Source: Dehalococcoidia bacterium (GTDB lineage: Bacteria; Chloroflexota; Dehalococcoidia; DSTF01; RBG-16-68-14). From it: 33,162 nt of DNA. The stretch spans positions 1 through 33,162 of the forward strand of contig JBBEBM010000030.1 of NCBI GenBank assembly GCA_040882355.1, written 5' to 3'. Each line of letters opens with the position of its first letter. The stretch's first letter is position 1. Shown piece after piece: positions 16,119-25,418 of the stretch. A program made the position numbers and the translations under genes. The notes under the pieces are model-generated. The model made no database searches. It worked only from the letters and a program-made list of their open reading frames with translations, and was not told the DNA's origin.

Positions 16119-17078
16119 ATGGCGACGATCCGAATCGCGACCTTCAACGCGGAAAACCTCTTCGCGCGTTACAAGTTCAACTCGAACGTCGACCCGGCGG
16201 CAGCCGTGCGCGACGGCTGGAACGCCGACGCGCGGCACTTCGATATCTCGGACGAGCCGAGCAAGACGATCACCGCCCGGGCGATCAAGGAGCTGAAAGC
16301 CGACGTGATCGCCCTGCAGGAGATCGAGAACCTCGATACGCTGAAACGCTTCCGCAGCGGGTTCCTGGGCGGCTTCAAGGCCTACCCGCATGCCGTGGCC
16401 ATCGACGGCAACGACCCGCGGCTGATCGACGTGGCGGTGCTCAGCCGCCTGCCGCTGGTGAACATCCGCACGCATCAACACCTGCGCGACGGACCGACAG
16501 CGCTCTTCTCGCGCGACTGCCTGGAGCTGGACGTCGTCGTGTCGCCGAGCAAGACGGTGACGCTTTATGTCAATCACTTGAAGTCGATGCTCGACAAGAA
16601 GGACGCCTGCCACGGGCGGGCCAAGACGCGCGCCAAACGCCTGAAGCAAGCGCAAGCGGTGAAGCAGATCGTGATCGACAGGTTCGGCCAGCAGGCCGGC
16701 CGGCAACCGTTCATCATTCTGGGCGACCTGAACGACTACCTCGCAACGGACGTGCAGGGCACGACCGGCATCGATGATCTCGCCGGCTGGGACCAGGTGG
16801 TGAACGTGGTCGACAGGCTGCCCGAGGCTGACCGCTGGACGCACTTCTTCAAGGGGAGGTCGAGCCGGGCGTGCAAGCTGCCGGCGGGCTACCACCAGCT
16901 TGACTACCTGCTCGTCTCCAAGTCGCTCGCGGCGGCGACGGCGCGCGTGCCGGAGATCGAGCGGCGCGGCATGCCCACGCGCGCCGACCGGTTCACGGGC
17001 GCTCGCTTCCCCGGCGTCGGCAAGAACGAGCCGAAGGCATCAGACCACTGCCCGGTGGTGATGCAGTTGACGGTCTAG
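16119..17078 (+). CDS. Endonuclease/exonuclease/phosphatase family protein
   Basis: ATFNAENLF, DVIALQEIE, VNHLKS, LGDLND, QLDYLL and ASDHCP motifs; start reassigned to ATG 16119 behind GAGGAGG. Confidence 0.9.
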   Translation: MATIRIATFNAENLFARYKFNSNVDPAAAVRDGWNADARHFDISDEPSKTITARAIKELKADVIALQEIENLDTLKRFRSGFLGGFKAYPHAVAIDGNDPRLIDVAVLSRLPLVNIRTHQHLRDGPTALFSRDCLELDVVVSPSKTVTLYVNHLKSMLDKKDACHGRAKTRAKRLKQAQAVKQIVIDRFGQQAGRQPFIILGDLNDYLATDVQGTTGIDDLAGWDQVVNVVDRLPEADRWTHFFKGRSSRACKLPAGYHQLDYLLVSKSLAAATARVPEIERRGMPTRADRFTGARFPGVGKNEPKASDHCPVVMQLTV

Positions 17079-17195
17079 CGCCCGACGCAGCCCGCCTTCC
17101 TCCCGCTTGCGCCCGCCTTCGCGCTCGTGGCAGACTGCACGCGCCGCGCACTGCGGCGATTCGCGTGACACACACCGCTGCTTAGGAGGAACACC

Positions 17196-18044
17196 ATGGG
17201 CAAGCTGGACGGCAAGGTCGTGATCGTCACCGGCGCGAGCCGGGGCATCGGCGCGGAGATCGCCACGATCTTCGCCGCGGAGGGCGGCAAGGTCGTCGTC
17301 GCCGCGCGCACGCTGCGTGAGGGCGAGCACCAGTTCGCCGGCTCGCTGGAGACGACGGTCGCCGGGATCCACAAGGCCGGCGGCGAGGCGACGCCGGTCG
17401 CCGCGAACATCTCGGAGCCGGAGGACTGCGAGCGGCTGGTGCAGGCCGCGCGCGACACCTACGGCCCGGTCGACGTGATGGTGAACAACGCCGCCCTCAC
17501 CTACTTCATCCCGGTGAAGGACTATCCAGTGAACAAGTGGCTGCGCTCGTGGGCGGTCAACTTCCACGCGCCCTTCATCCTGAGCCAGCTCGTCCTGCAG
17601 GACATGGTCGAGCGCGGCAGCGGCAGCATCGTCAACATCTCGTCCGGCGCGGCGATCGGCCCGGGCCGCGGCCCCTACCCGAACGCCGTCCCGCTGGGCG
17701 GCGGCACCTGCTACGGCGCGGAGAAGGCGGCGCTGGAACGGTTCACACAGGGGCTCGCGGCCGAGGTCTACCGCTCCGGCGTCTCCGTCACCTGCGTCTC
17801 GCCTTCGCAGGTCGTGCCGACGCCGGGCACCGTCCACCACCGGCTGGTGCGCGGGCTCGACGACCCGCGCGGCGAGCCGCCCGAGCTGATGGCGAAGGCC
17901 GCGCTGCTGCTGGCGACGGAGCCGCTGGACAAGGTGACGGGGCGGGTCACCTACAGCCAGGAGATCCTGAAGGAGTTCGGCTGGATCGACGAGGCGAAGG
18001 GGATCGGCATCGACATGAAGGGGAGCGGCTACAGCCTGATCTAG
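17196..18044 (+). CDS. Short-chain dehydrogenase/reductase (SDR)
   Basis: TGASRGIG, VNNAA, VNISS and YGAEK motifs; AGGAGG RBS. Confidence 0.92.
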   Translation: MGKLDGKVVIVTGASRGIGAEIATIFAAEGGKVVVAARTLREGEHQFAGSLETTVAGIHKAGGEATPVAANISEPEDCERLVQAARDTYGPVDVMVNNAALTYFIPVKDYPVNKWLRSWAVNFHAPFILSQLVLQDMVERGSGSIVNISSGAAIGPGRGPYPNAVPLGGGTCYGAEKAALERFTQGLAAEVYRSGVSVTCVSPSQVVPTPGTVHHRLVRGLDDPRGEPPELMAKAALLLATEPLDKVTGRVTYSQEILKEFGWIDEAKGIGIDMKGSGYSLI

Positions 18045-18244
18045 ATCGCGTCAGCGATATTCCACAGTCGGTTCATCCCTCTTCAGTCAAACCGCATTCT
18101 CCCGTATACTGATCGAAACTGAGGACAGTCCCGGTCGAGGACCGGATGCGTTGCCGAGCAGGGAGGCGAACGGTATGCCCCGCCCTCGAGACTCCCGTTC
18201 GAGCCGCGCGCGTTCGCGTAACGCGCGCCGCCAGAGAGATCTCC

Positions 18245-20272
18245 ATGCCCGTTAGCACGCGCGTCGGTCGATTCGCGATCGTCCAGGGACAGCCGCAGGA
18301 AGAGGGGCCGCGGCTGCGATCGTTCCCGCGCCAGCGCCCCGACGAGGACGAGGACGAGCTCTACGTCCTCGTCGAGCCGACGACGGCGCCCGGCGAGGAC
18401 TACTGCGGCCAGCTCGTCGACGCCATCGGGCGCATCTACCGCCAGGAAGGGCTCTCGCTCACCGGCGCGGTGCTCCGCTCGCTGCGCGCCGCCCACCAGC
18501 AGCTCCGCGACTGGAACCAGCGCACGTTGCGCGAGCAGCAGGTCACCGCGGGCGTGGCCTGCCTGGCCGTGCGCGGCCGCACCGCCTACCTGGCGCAGGT
18601 CGGCCCGGGCGTCGCCTACCACGTCGGCGACGGACACGTCGAGTCGGTCGCGGCCAGCAACGGCGCGGTCGCCCCGCTGGGCGAGCCGGACCACGTCGAA
18701 CCGACCTTCAGCCGCTACCAGCTCTCGCCGGGCGACATCCTGCTGCTCGCCTCGCCGCGCCTGCTGGAGCTGATCGACGAGGGCGCGCTGCGCTCGATCC
18801 TGCTGCGCGGCCCGGACGAGGCGCTGGTCGAGCTCTTCCGCCTGACGCGCGACCAGCAGGAGTTCGCGCTCGTGCTGCTCTCCTGCGTCGTCGAGCCGGA
18901 GGAGGCCGCCGCCCCGCCGCCGCCGCCCGCCGAGGCCCTGAGCGAGACGGCCCTGGAGCCCGGACCGCCGGACCTGGACTTCGGGGTTGCGGGCGGCGCG
19001 CAGGCCGCCTTCGGAGCAACGCCCGGGGCCGCCGCCGAGGCCGCGCTCGCCGGCGCTCTCGACCCCCAGCCGAGGGTGCGCCTGAAGGGCTCCGACGCCG
19101 ACATCCGCTATCCAAGCTCGACCGGCCTGCGCGCCAATATGCCTCGCGTCCCGCCGCTCGCCGTGCTGGCGCTGCTCGGCCTCGCGGTCGTCGGGCTGCT
19201 CGGCTGGTGCGCCCTGCCCGAGGCGCTCCAGCGCAGCCGGGAGGAGCGCTACGAAACGCTGGTCGCGGACGCGCGCTCGAACCTGACGAACGCCCAGCAG
19301 GTGGAGGACGCCAGCCAGCGCCGGGACCTGCTGAACGAGGCGGACGAGAAGCTGACCGAAGCCGAGCGCCGCGAGCCGGGCGACGCCGAGCTGGTTAGCC
19401 TGCGGAACGAGGTGGACAGCGCGCTCGCCGAGCTGAACGCCGAGCTCGTCCTGCCCGACCCGGACCTGGTGGTCGACCTGAGCGCGAGCGTCACGGGCCC
19501 GGTCTCGGTCGAATCGCTCGCGCTCGGCGGCGGGGGCGCCTACCTGCTCGACCGCGAACAGCAGCGCGTCGTCGCCATCTCGCTGCTCGCGCCGAGCCCG
19601 GACCCCTTCGACCTCTTCTCGTCAGGGGCGCTGGTGGGCACCGACGTCGTCGGCGCGCCGCAGCAGGCGGTCTGGGCGGAGGAGCTGGGCGCGCTGCTGA
19701 TCCTGGACGACGCCCGCCGGCTGATCGCGGTGACGCCCGGCCAGGCGCCGCGCCTGCTGCCGGCGCGCGACTCCCAGTCCTGGGGCTCCGCCGACGCCAT
19801 CGCCCACGCGGGCGGCGCGCTCTACGTGCTGGACCGCGAGGGCGACCAGGTCTGGCGCTACCTTCCCGGCGGGTCGGGCTTCGACAGCGAACGCGAGCGG
19901 TTGCTCACCTCGGTCGACCTCGACAAGGAGACGGCGCTCACGATCGGCGACGCGCTCTACCTGCTGACGAGCGACGGCCAGATCCGGCGCGTGCGGGGCG
20001 GCGAGGAGCTGCCGTTCCTCCAGGCCGGCATCGACCGCCCGCTCGCCTCGCCCGCCTCGCCGGTCTACCTGCCCCAGTCGCGCCGGCTGTTCGTCGCCGA
20101 CACGGGCAACGAGCGGATCGTCGTCTTCTCGCCGGAGGGGACCTTCCTCCAGCAGCTCTCCAGCCCGGCCTTCACGGACCTGCGCGCCATCGCCGTCGAC
20201 GAGGCGAACGGCCTGCTCTACGTCCTCTCCGGCACGACGGTCTTCCGCGCGACGCTGCCCGCCTCCCCGTGA
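18245..20272 (+). CDS. Bitopic membrane protein: degenerate PP2C-like N-terminal domain, TM helix, helical linker, NHL/beta-propeller domain
   Basis: AYLAQVG and LSPGDILLLAS resemble the PP2C fold without catalytic Asp; TM LAVLALLGLAVVGLLGW; LFVADTGNERIVVFSPEG NHL repeat; start reassigned to ATG 18245. Confidence 0.7.
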   Translation: MPVSTRVGRFAIVQGQPQEEGPRLRSFPRQRPDEDEDELYVLVEPTTAPGEDYCGQLVDAIGRIYRQEGLSLTGAVLRSLRAAHQQLRDWNQRTLREQQVTAGVACLAVRGRTAYLAQVGPGVAYHVGDGHVESVAASNGAVAPLGEPDHVEPTFSRYQLSPGDILLLASPRLLELIDEGALRSILLRGPDEALVELFRLTRDQQEFALVLLSCVVEPEEAAAPPPPPAEALSETALEPGPPDLDFGVAGGAQAAFGATPGAAAEAALAGALDPQPRVRLKGSDADIRYPSSTGLRANMPRVPPLAVLALLGLAVVGLLGWCALPEALQRSREERYETLVADARSNLTNAQQVEDASQRRDLLNEADEKLTEAERREPGDAELVSLRNEVDSALAELNAELVLPDPDLVVDLSASVTGPVSVESLALGGGGAYLLDREQQRVVAISLLAPSPDPFDLFSSGALVGTDVVGAPQQAVWAEELGALLILDDARRLIAVTPGQAPRLLPARDSQSWGSADAIAHAGGALYVLDREGDQVWRYLPGGSGFDSERERLLTSVDLDKETALTIGDALYLLTSDGQIRRVRGGEELPFLQAGIDRPLASPASPVYLPQSRRLFVADTGNERIVVFSPEGTFLQQLSSPAFTDLRAIAVDEANGLLYVLSGTTVFRATLPASP

Positions 20273-21267
20273 AGGTCCTGGGCATCGAGACCTCCTGCGA
20301 CGAGAGCGCCGCCGCGATCGTCGAGGACGGGCGGCGCCTGCTGAGCAACGTCGTCGCCTCGCAGGCGCACCTGCACGGCCGCTACGGCGGCGTGGTACCG
20401 GAGGTCGCGTCGCGCCAGCACCTCGCGGCGCTCCTGCCCGCCGTCGAGGCGACGCTACGAGAGGCCGGCTGCAGCCGGCGCGACCTGGACGCGATCGCCG
20501 TCACGTGGGGCCCCGGCCTCGCCGGCGCGCTGCTCGTCGGCGTGAGCGCGGCCAAGGCGCTCGCCTACGCCTGGGAGCTGCCGCTGATCGCGGTCAACCA
20601 CCTGGAGGCGCACCTCTACGCCAACTGGATCGACCACGACGGCTCGGGCCGGGACGCGCCGCCGTTCCCGCTCGTCGGCCTGATCGTCTCCGGCGGCCAC
20701 ACCGACCTGGTGCTGATGGAGGGGCACGGCCGCCTGCGCCGCCTGGGGCGCACGCGGGACGACGCGGCCGGCGAGGCGTTCGACAAGGTGGCGCGGCTGC
20801 TCGGCCTCGGCTTTCCCGGCGGGCCGGCGGTGGAGCGGCTGGCCGCGACGGCGGCCAGGCCCGCGCTGCGCCTGCCGCGCGCCTGGCTGGGCGCGAGCGA
20901 CGACTTCAGCTTCAGCGGCCTGAAGACGGCCGTCTTACACGTGGTCCGCGGCGAGCGCGGCGCGCCGCCCGCGCCGGAGGCGGAGGCGGCGGCGTTCCAG
21001 GAGGCCGTCCTCGACGTGCTCGCAACGAAGACGGCGCGCGCCGCCCAGCGCCTCGGCGCGCGCGGCGTCCTGCTCTCCGGCGGCGTCGCGGCGAACGGCC
21101 CGCTCCGGCGCGCGCTCGTCAAGCGATCGCCCGTGCCCGTCTCCGTGCCCCCGGCGGTCCTCTGCACCGACAACGGCGCAATGGTCGCCGCCTGCGCGGC
21201 CTATCGCTTCGAGGCCGGCCGCTCGGGCTGGGACCTCGACGTCGCGCCGGGGCTGCCCGTGGCCTGA
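20269..21267 (+). CDS. tsaD: tRNA N6-threonylcarbamoyltransferase subunit TsaD
   Basis: LGIETSCDE, YGGVVPEVASRQH, NHLEAH, VSGGHT, DDAAGEAFDKVAR, FSFSGLKT and CTDNGAM motifs. Confidence 0.97.
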   Translation: MKVLGIETSCDESAAAIVEDGRRLLSNVVASQAHLHGRYGGVVPEVASRQHLAALLPAVEATLREAGCSRRDLDAIAVTWGPGLAGALLVGVSAAKALAYAWELPLIAVNHLEAHLYANWIDHDGSGRDAPPFPLVGLIVSGGHTDLVLMEGHGRLRRLGRTRDDAAGEAFDKVARLLGLGFPGGPAVERLAATAARPALRLPRAWLGASDDFSFSGLKTAVLHVVRGERGAPPAPEAEAAAFQEAVLDVLATKTARAAQRLGARGVLLSGGVAANGPLRRALVKRSPVPVSVPPAVLCTDNGAMVAACAAYRFEAGRSGWDLDVAPGLPVA

Positions 21268-21300
21268 CAGGTCCGCGGGTCAAGGGTCACGGGTCGAGGG

Positions 21301-21461
21301 TCATGCCGGCCGCCGAAAGGGGGGACGCAAGGGGCGCAGCGCGCCTGCCGGGGGTCTGGGGCCTGTCTTGAGCGCAGCCGAAGGAGTGTCCCCCAGATTC
21401 TACTTCCTTCCTGGGCGGGTGGGTGGGAGAGGTATACGCCTCCTCTCGAGCACGCTGCTAG
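21301..21461 (-). repeat. MITE-like repeat family A copy (reverse) with nested REP-like unit at 21361-21384
   Basis: Reverse complement gives ctagcagcgtgctcgag...cccacccacccgcccaggaagga...ggggacac[insert]cccagaccccggcagg; bracketed by heptamer runs at 21277-21303 and 21549-21570. Confidence 0.75.
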
Positions 21462-21567
21462 AGTCGAGGCGGCCCTTCGCAACCCTGGCTGCGGATGAGC
21501 GGCAGCGCTCTTCCCCGACACCGGGGGGCTTACAGCGTGCTCATGCTTGACCCCTGACCCTCGACCC

Positions 21568-22947
21568 TCATGACAACGCGCACCTCCCGCAGCCGCCCTG
21601 GGTGCACTCCGTCTTGTAGAGCGCGAGCAGCCCCTGCTGGCGGCGGGCGTCGAGCGGCAGCGGCCGCGGGCCCGGCCGAAGGTTCGCCTCCAGGAATGAG
21701 AGCGCGCCGTAGCGCGAGGGGCGGGGCAGGCGGGCAAAGAGCCCGCGCGCCCGCGCCGCCCGCCCCGCATAGCCCCCCAACCCCCCCAGCGCGGCGGCCC
21801 AGGGCAGGACGGCGTTCGTGAGCAGCTCGATCGCGCGGCTGCGGCCGATCAGCGCGCCCGGCGGCTTCATGGCCGGCCGCCCCGGCGCCAGGTAGCGCCG
21901 CCAGTAGCCGCTCGCCGGCGCCGACCAGGCGGCTATGAGCGCGGCAGGCGACCCATCCGGCGGGCCCAGGAGCGCGCCGGCGCGTTCACCGAAGTCGCCG
22001 CGCCGGGCGAGGAGCTGCGCCAGCCCGGCGAGCCGGCGCGCGGGATGGTTCGCCGGACGGGCCGCCGCGCCCGCAAGCGCCACCGACAGCGGCGCGATCC
22101 CGGCAGCGTTCCAGCGCAGGACGAGGCCGGCTTCGTAGGGGTCCTGCGCGCTCCGATCGGAAAGCAGCCCAGCAGCGCCGAGCAGCAGCGCCTCGAAGAG
22201 CGTCGGGCGCTCCGGTTCCGGGGGGGCGCTGTCGCGCGCGGCCAGCTCCGGCCAGGGGAGCGCGTCGGCGAGGGCGTCGAACGCTCCGCGCAGGCCGCCG
22301 TAGCCGAGCCCGCTCAGCAGCGCGCGGTAGAGCGCCTCGCCAGGCCCGGAGCGCGCGATCTCAGCCGCAAGAGCGCCTTCCCGCTCGCGAAAGCGTGCGT
22401 CCCCTAGCTCGTCCAGCACCCCCAGCAGGGCCGGCCCGCCGAGGCGCGCGATAGCGTCGTGGCACGGCTCGCGCCAGAGGCCGGGGCTGGCGAGCCAGCC
22501 GGAGAGCTCCGCCGTCCGGCGGCGCACCCAGTCGCCGAGCGCGACGACGGGCGCTCGCCGCCCGCAGGCGAGCAGCGTGTCCTCCCGGCGGTCGTCCTCG
22601 AAGACGACGTGGAGGACGGTGCGGTCGTAGCGCGGGTCGACAGCGTGGCCGTGGGCGACGAAGTCGCTGGCGCGCACGTGCAGCTCGACGTCGCCGCGCA
22701 GCAATGCTCCGGAAGCCGGCGCGACGATCGCGTCGCGGAAGTCCGGGCCCGCGCCGCGCCCGGGGAAGCCGGGGTGGACCACGCGGACGGGCGCCCCCTG
22801 CCGCGTGACCAGCGCGGCCGCTGGAAAGCGCTGGCCCGCCCAGAGGCGGACGAGGACGGCCTCGCTGAGGTTGCTTGTCGCTGGGCGCTCGTGGCTGGTA
22901 CCGGCCGCGTACAGGCGGCGACGTTCGCGGAGCGCGAGGCCAGTCAT
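21568..22947 (-). CDS. DUF2851 family protein
   Basis: V.HPG...GPDFRDA, GDVELH, HGH..DPRY...VLHVV, RPANHPARRL and NAVLP motifs; start reassigned to ATG 22947 because the longer ORF begins inside a repeat. Confidence 0.8.
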   Translation of the reverse strand: MTGLALRERRRLYAAGTSHERPATSNLSEAVLVRLWAGQRFPAAALVTRQGAPVRVVHPGFPGRGAGPDFRDAIVAPASGALLRGDVELHVRASDFVAHGHAVDPRYDRTVLHVVFEDDRREDTLLACGRRAPVVALGDWVRRRTAELSGWLASPGLWREPCHDAIARLGGPALLGVLDELGDARFREREGALAAEIARSGPGEALYRALLSGLGYGGLRGAFDALADALPWPELAARDSAPPEPERPTLFEALLLGAAGLLSDRSAQDPYEAGLVLRWNAAGIAPLSVALAGAAARPANHPARRLAGLAQLLARRGDFGERAGALLGPPDGSPAALIAAWSAPASGYWRRYLAPGRPAMKPPGALIGRSRAIELLTNAVLPWAAALGGLGGYAGRAARARGLFARLPRPSRYGALSFLEANLRPGPRPLPLDARRQQGLLALYKTECTQGGCGRCALS

Positions 22948-22991
22948 TCGCAACACCTTAGAACGGTCTTCGGTGGCGGCGGCCGGATCTC

Positions 22992-23130
22992 TGGGCGGGT
23001 GTTGGAGAACAGACGCGTGTCTTCCCCACCTACCCGCCCAGGAAGGAAAGGGAATCTGGGGGGACACCCCCAGACCCCGGCAGGAGGCGCGGCGCCCCCT
23101 GCACCTCCGCTCCTTCCCCGACTCGCGTTA
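22992..23130 (+). repeat. MITE-like repeat family A copy (diverged ends)
   Basis: ccccacctacccgcccaggaagga...ggggacacccccagaccccggcagg...ccccctgcacc. Confidence 0.75.
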
Positions 23131-23367
23131 CGGCTCCCCTTCGTCGTAGGAAAATTCCGCGCGCTCCGCCACCAGGGAGAGCACCCGTTCCGAGGCACCG
23201 CGGGGCCGGTACTGGCCGGTCTCCCACTCGCTCACGGTCTGCTGGCGGACGTTCAACTCCTGCGCCAGCTCGTCCTGGGTCAGGCCGAGATGTTCGCGTA
23301 GGGCGCGCACACGCTTCGCGTCCCAGACGGGCACCCGCCTCGGGCGGACGCGGTAGGGCTCCTCCAT
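23128..23367 (-). CDS. XRE-family helix-turn-helix regulator, probably leaderless
   Basis: LREHLGLTQDELAQELNVRQQTVSEWETG; ATG 23367 lies 6 nt after a -10 box. Confidence 0.88.
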   Translation of the reverse strand: MEEPYRVRPRRVPVWDAKRVRALREHLGLTQDELAQELNVRQQTVSEWETGQYRPRGASERVLSLVAERAEFSYDEGEP

Positions 23368-23373
23368 GCGCAC

Positions 23374-23402
23374 ATGGTACACGGTAGCGTGTACGCTGTC
23401 AA
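23374..23402 (-). promoter_or_regulatory. sigma70 promoter with overlapping palindromic operator
   Basis: TTGACA-N17-TACCAT; perfect GTACAC-N6-GTGTAC at 23377-23394. Confidence 0.7.
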
Positions 23403-23496
23403 GCCAGGGTCAGGGGTGCAGGGTCAAGGGTCAGGACGTATGAATGGGGCACCGTCGGACAGCGCGGGTGCCGTAGGCGATCAGAATACGGACCTT

Positions 23497-23668
23497 AGCA
23501 CTGTCCAGTGGAACAGGCGGTCACCATTCCCACCCGCCGCCCCCCAGCGGAGTTAGGTGGATTAGGTGGACATTTGGGTGACACCCCTTCAGCTTCGCTC
23601 AGGACAGGCCCCCAGACCGCCCGGCAGGGGCACTGCGCCCGCTGCACCCGCCCTTCAGCAGCCTCCCA
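23497..23668 (+). repeat. MITE-like repeat family A copy with nested REP-like unit at 23585-23609
   Basis: cccacccgccgccccca...gacaccc[cttcagcttcgctcaggacaggc]ccccagacc...ggcagggg...ttcagcagcct. Confidence 0.7.
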
Positions 23669-23727
23669 AGCTCGGCTGCTTTCCGTCCCGCGCCAGAGCG
23701 TACCAGCAACGAGCGACAAGCAACCGC

Positions 23728-24702
23728 CTACTGCCCAGCAGCGGCGGCGTCGATCAGGCGCTCGGCGGCGGCGTAGGGGTCGAGCTCGCGGCGGGCGACG
23801 GCGCCGACGATCTCGTCCAGGTGGCCGTCGCTCTCGGTCAGCCGCACAAGGTCCTCGAGCAGGCGGTGGCGGGCGAGCGCGAGCACCTGCCGTCGGGCGC
23901 GCGCCAGCCGCTCGCGCTCCAGATCGCCGGACGCGGCGAGGCGGCGGCGGTGCGCTTCGATCGCGTCCGCCAGCTCGGTAATGCCCTCGCCCCTCGTTGC
24001 GACGGTCTCGAGCACGGGCGTCTCCAGCCGACCGCGCGACGCCTGCGTCGTCAGCGCCTTGAGCTGGGCGACGAGGATGTCGGCGCCGGGCAGGTCGGCC
24101 TTGTTCACGACGAGGACGTCGGCGACCTCCATGATCCCGGCCTTCATCGCCTGCACGTCGTCGCCGCCCGCCGGCGTGAGCACGACGACGGTGGTGTCGG
24201 CGCTAGAGGCGACCTCCACCTCGTCCTGGCCCGCGCCGACGGTCTCGATCATCACGACGTCCTTGCCGGCGGCGTCGAGCACGGCGACGACCTCCACCGT
24301 CGCCGGCGCGAGGCCGCCCAGCTCGCCGCGCGTCGCCATGCTGCGCACGAAGACCTCCGGGTCGCGCGTCAGCTCCTGCATCCGGATCCGGTCGCCGAGC
24401 AGCGCGCCCTTGGTGAACGGGCTCGTCGGATCGACAGCGACGATGCCGACGCTGCGGTCGCGCTTGCGCAGCTCGTGGGCGAGGGCGCCGGTTAGGGTGC
24501 TCTTGCCCGCGCCGCTGCCCCCCGTGATGCCGACCGTATGCGCGTGGCCGGTGTGCGCGTAGAGCAGTGCGAGCGCGCGCCTCCCCTCCAGCGTGCCGTT
24601 CTCGACGAGGGTGATCGCGCGGGCGAGCGCGCGCCGGTCGCCCGCGAGCAGACGCTGCGCCAGCTCCCCGGCCCCTCCCTGAGCCTCGGCCTCCACGACC
24701 AT
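23728..24702 (-). CDS. meaB: Methylmalonyl-CoA mutase-associated GTPase MeaB
   Basis: GITGGSGAGKST, AVDPTSPF.KGALLGDRIRM, RSMATRG, IETVGAGQ, QAMKAG and VNKAD motifs. Confidence 0.95.
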   Translation of the reverse strand: MVVEAEAQGGAGELAQRLLAGDRRALARAITLVENGTLEGRRALALLYAHTGHAHTVGITGGSGAGKSTLTGALAHELRKRDRSVGIVAVDPTSPFTKGALLGDRIRMQELTRDPEVFVRSMATRGELGGLAPATVEVVAVLDAAGKDVVMIETVGAGQDEVEVASSADTTVVVLTPAGGDDVQAMKAGIMEVADVLVVNKADLPGADILVAQLKALTTQASRGRLETPVLETVATRGEGITELADAIEAHRRRLAASGDLERERLARARRQVLALARHRLLEDLVRLTESDGHLDEIVGAVARRELDPYAAAERLIDAAAAGQ

Positions 24703-24712
24703 GGCGCGGCGG

Positions 24713-25147
24713 CTAGCCGCCGGAGCCGACGGGCGCCCGGCGCTCCGCCGTCCAGCGGCGCACGTAGTCGATAATCTCCTGGGTGCTGGCGCCGGGGCGG
24801 AAGATCGCCTGGAAGCCCAGCTTGTTGAGGGCGGGAATGTCCTCGTCCGGGATGATGCCGCCGGCGAAGAGGAGCACCTCGCCCGGGTCGACGCCGCGCT
24901 CCTTGAGCGCCGCGACGACGCGCGGGAAGAGCTCCAGGTGGGCGCCGGAGAGGATCGAGAGGCCGATCACGTCGACGTCCTCCTGCAACGCGGCCTCGGC
25001 GATCATCTGCGGCGTCTGGCGGATGCCGGTGTAGATCACCTCCATGCCGGCGTCGCGCAGGGCGCGCGCGACCACCTTCGCGCCGCGGTCGTGGCCGTCG
25101 AGGCCCGGCTTGGCGATCAACACGCGGACCGGGCGTTCGTTCGTCAT
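24713..25147 (-). CDS. Cobalamin-binding subunit of methylmalonyl-CoA mutase
   Basis: [12 protein letters not shown] (DxHxxG), GLSILSGAH and GGIIP motifs; start at 25147 or 25159. Confidence 0.95.
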   Translation of the reverse strand: MTNERPVRVLIAKPGLDGHDRGAKVVARALRDAGMEVIYTGIRQTPQMIAEAALQEDVDVIGLSILSGAHLELFPRVVAALKERGVDPGEVLLFAGGIIPDEDIPALNKLGFQAIFRPGASTQEIIDYVRRWTAERRAPVGSGG

Positions 25148-25215
25148 CGTGACAGGCATTATGTCGCGAATGCGGCTCACGTGGCAAGAGGAGGCTGCCG
25201 CACGAGGCGTGTCAT

Positions 25216-25242
25216 TGTCATGCTGAGCGGAGCGAAGCATCT
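25216..25242. repeat. REP-like half element tgtcatgctgagcggagcgaagcatct
   Basis: One mismatch to 32436-32462. Confidence 0.7.
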
Positions 25243-25271
25243 GGCCTCGTTCGCCCGCTAGGCCCGGTCGA

Positions 25272-25408
25272 CTAGCAGGATCCTGAGAAACAGATGTCTA
25301 CCTCTCCCACCCTCCCGCCCAGGAAGGAATACTGAGACTGGGGGACACCCCCAGACCCCCGGCAGGGGGCAGCGCCCCCTGCACCCCCGTCCTTTCAGCA
25401 GCCTGCTC
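25272..25408 (+). repeat. MITE-like repeat family A copy (clearest terminal inverted repeats)
   Basis: Left agcaggatcctgaga versus reverse complement of right end agcaggctgctgaaa (12/15); full internal motifs. Confidence 0.8.
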
Positions 25409-25418
25409 AAGACCTGTC

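Noticed and set aside
18045..18244. Structured ncRNA or riboswitch upstream of the PP2C-like gene
   Set aside because: Only a TATACT box and one short hairpin (ccggtc-gag-gaccgg) are visible; no family consensus is recognisable without a covariance-model search.
22948..23067. N-terminal extensions in the ORF track (also 25160-25240, 15901-16026, 15942-16118, 28130-28492)
   Set aside because: They run through repeats, promoters or neighbouring genes; downstream starts have better RBS, promoter or overlap support.
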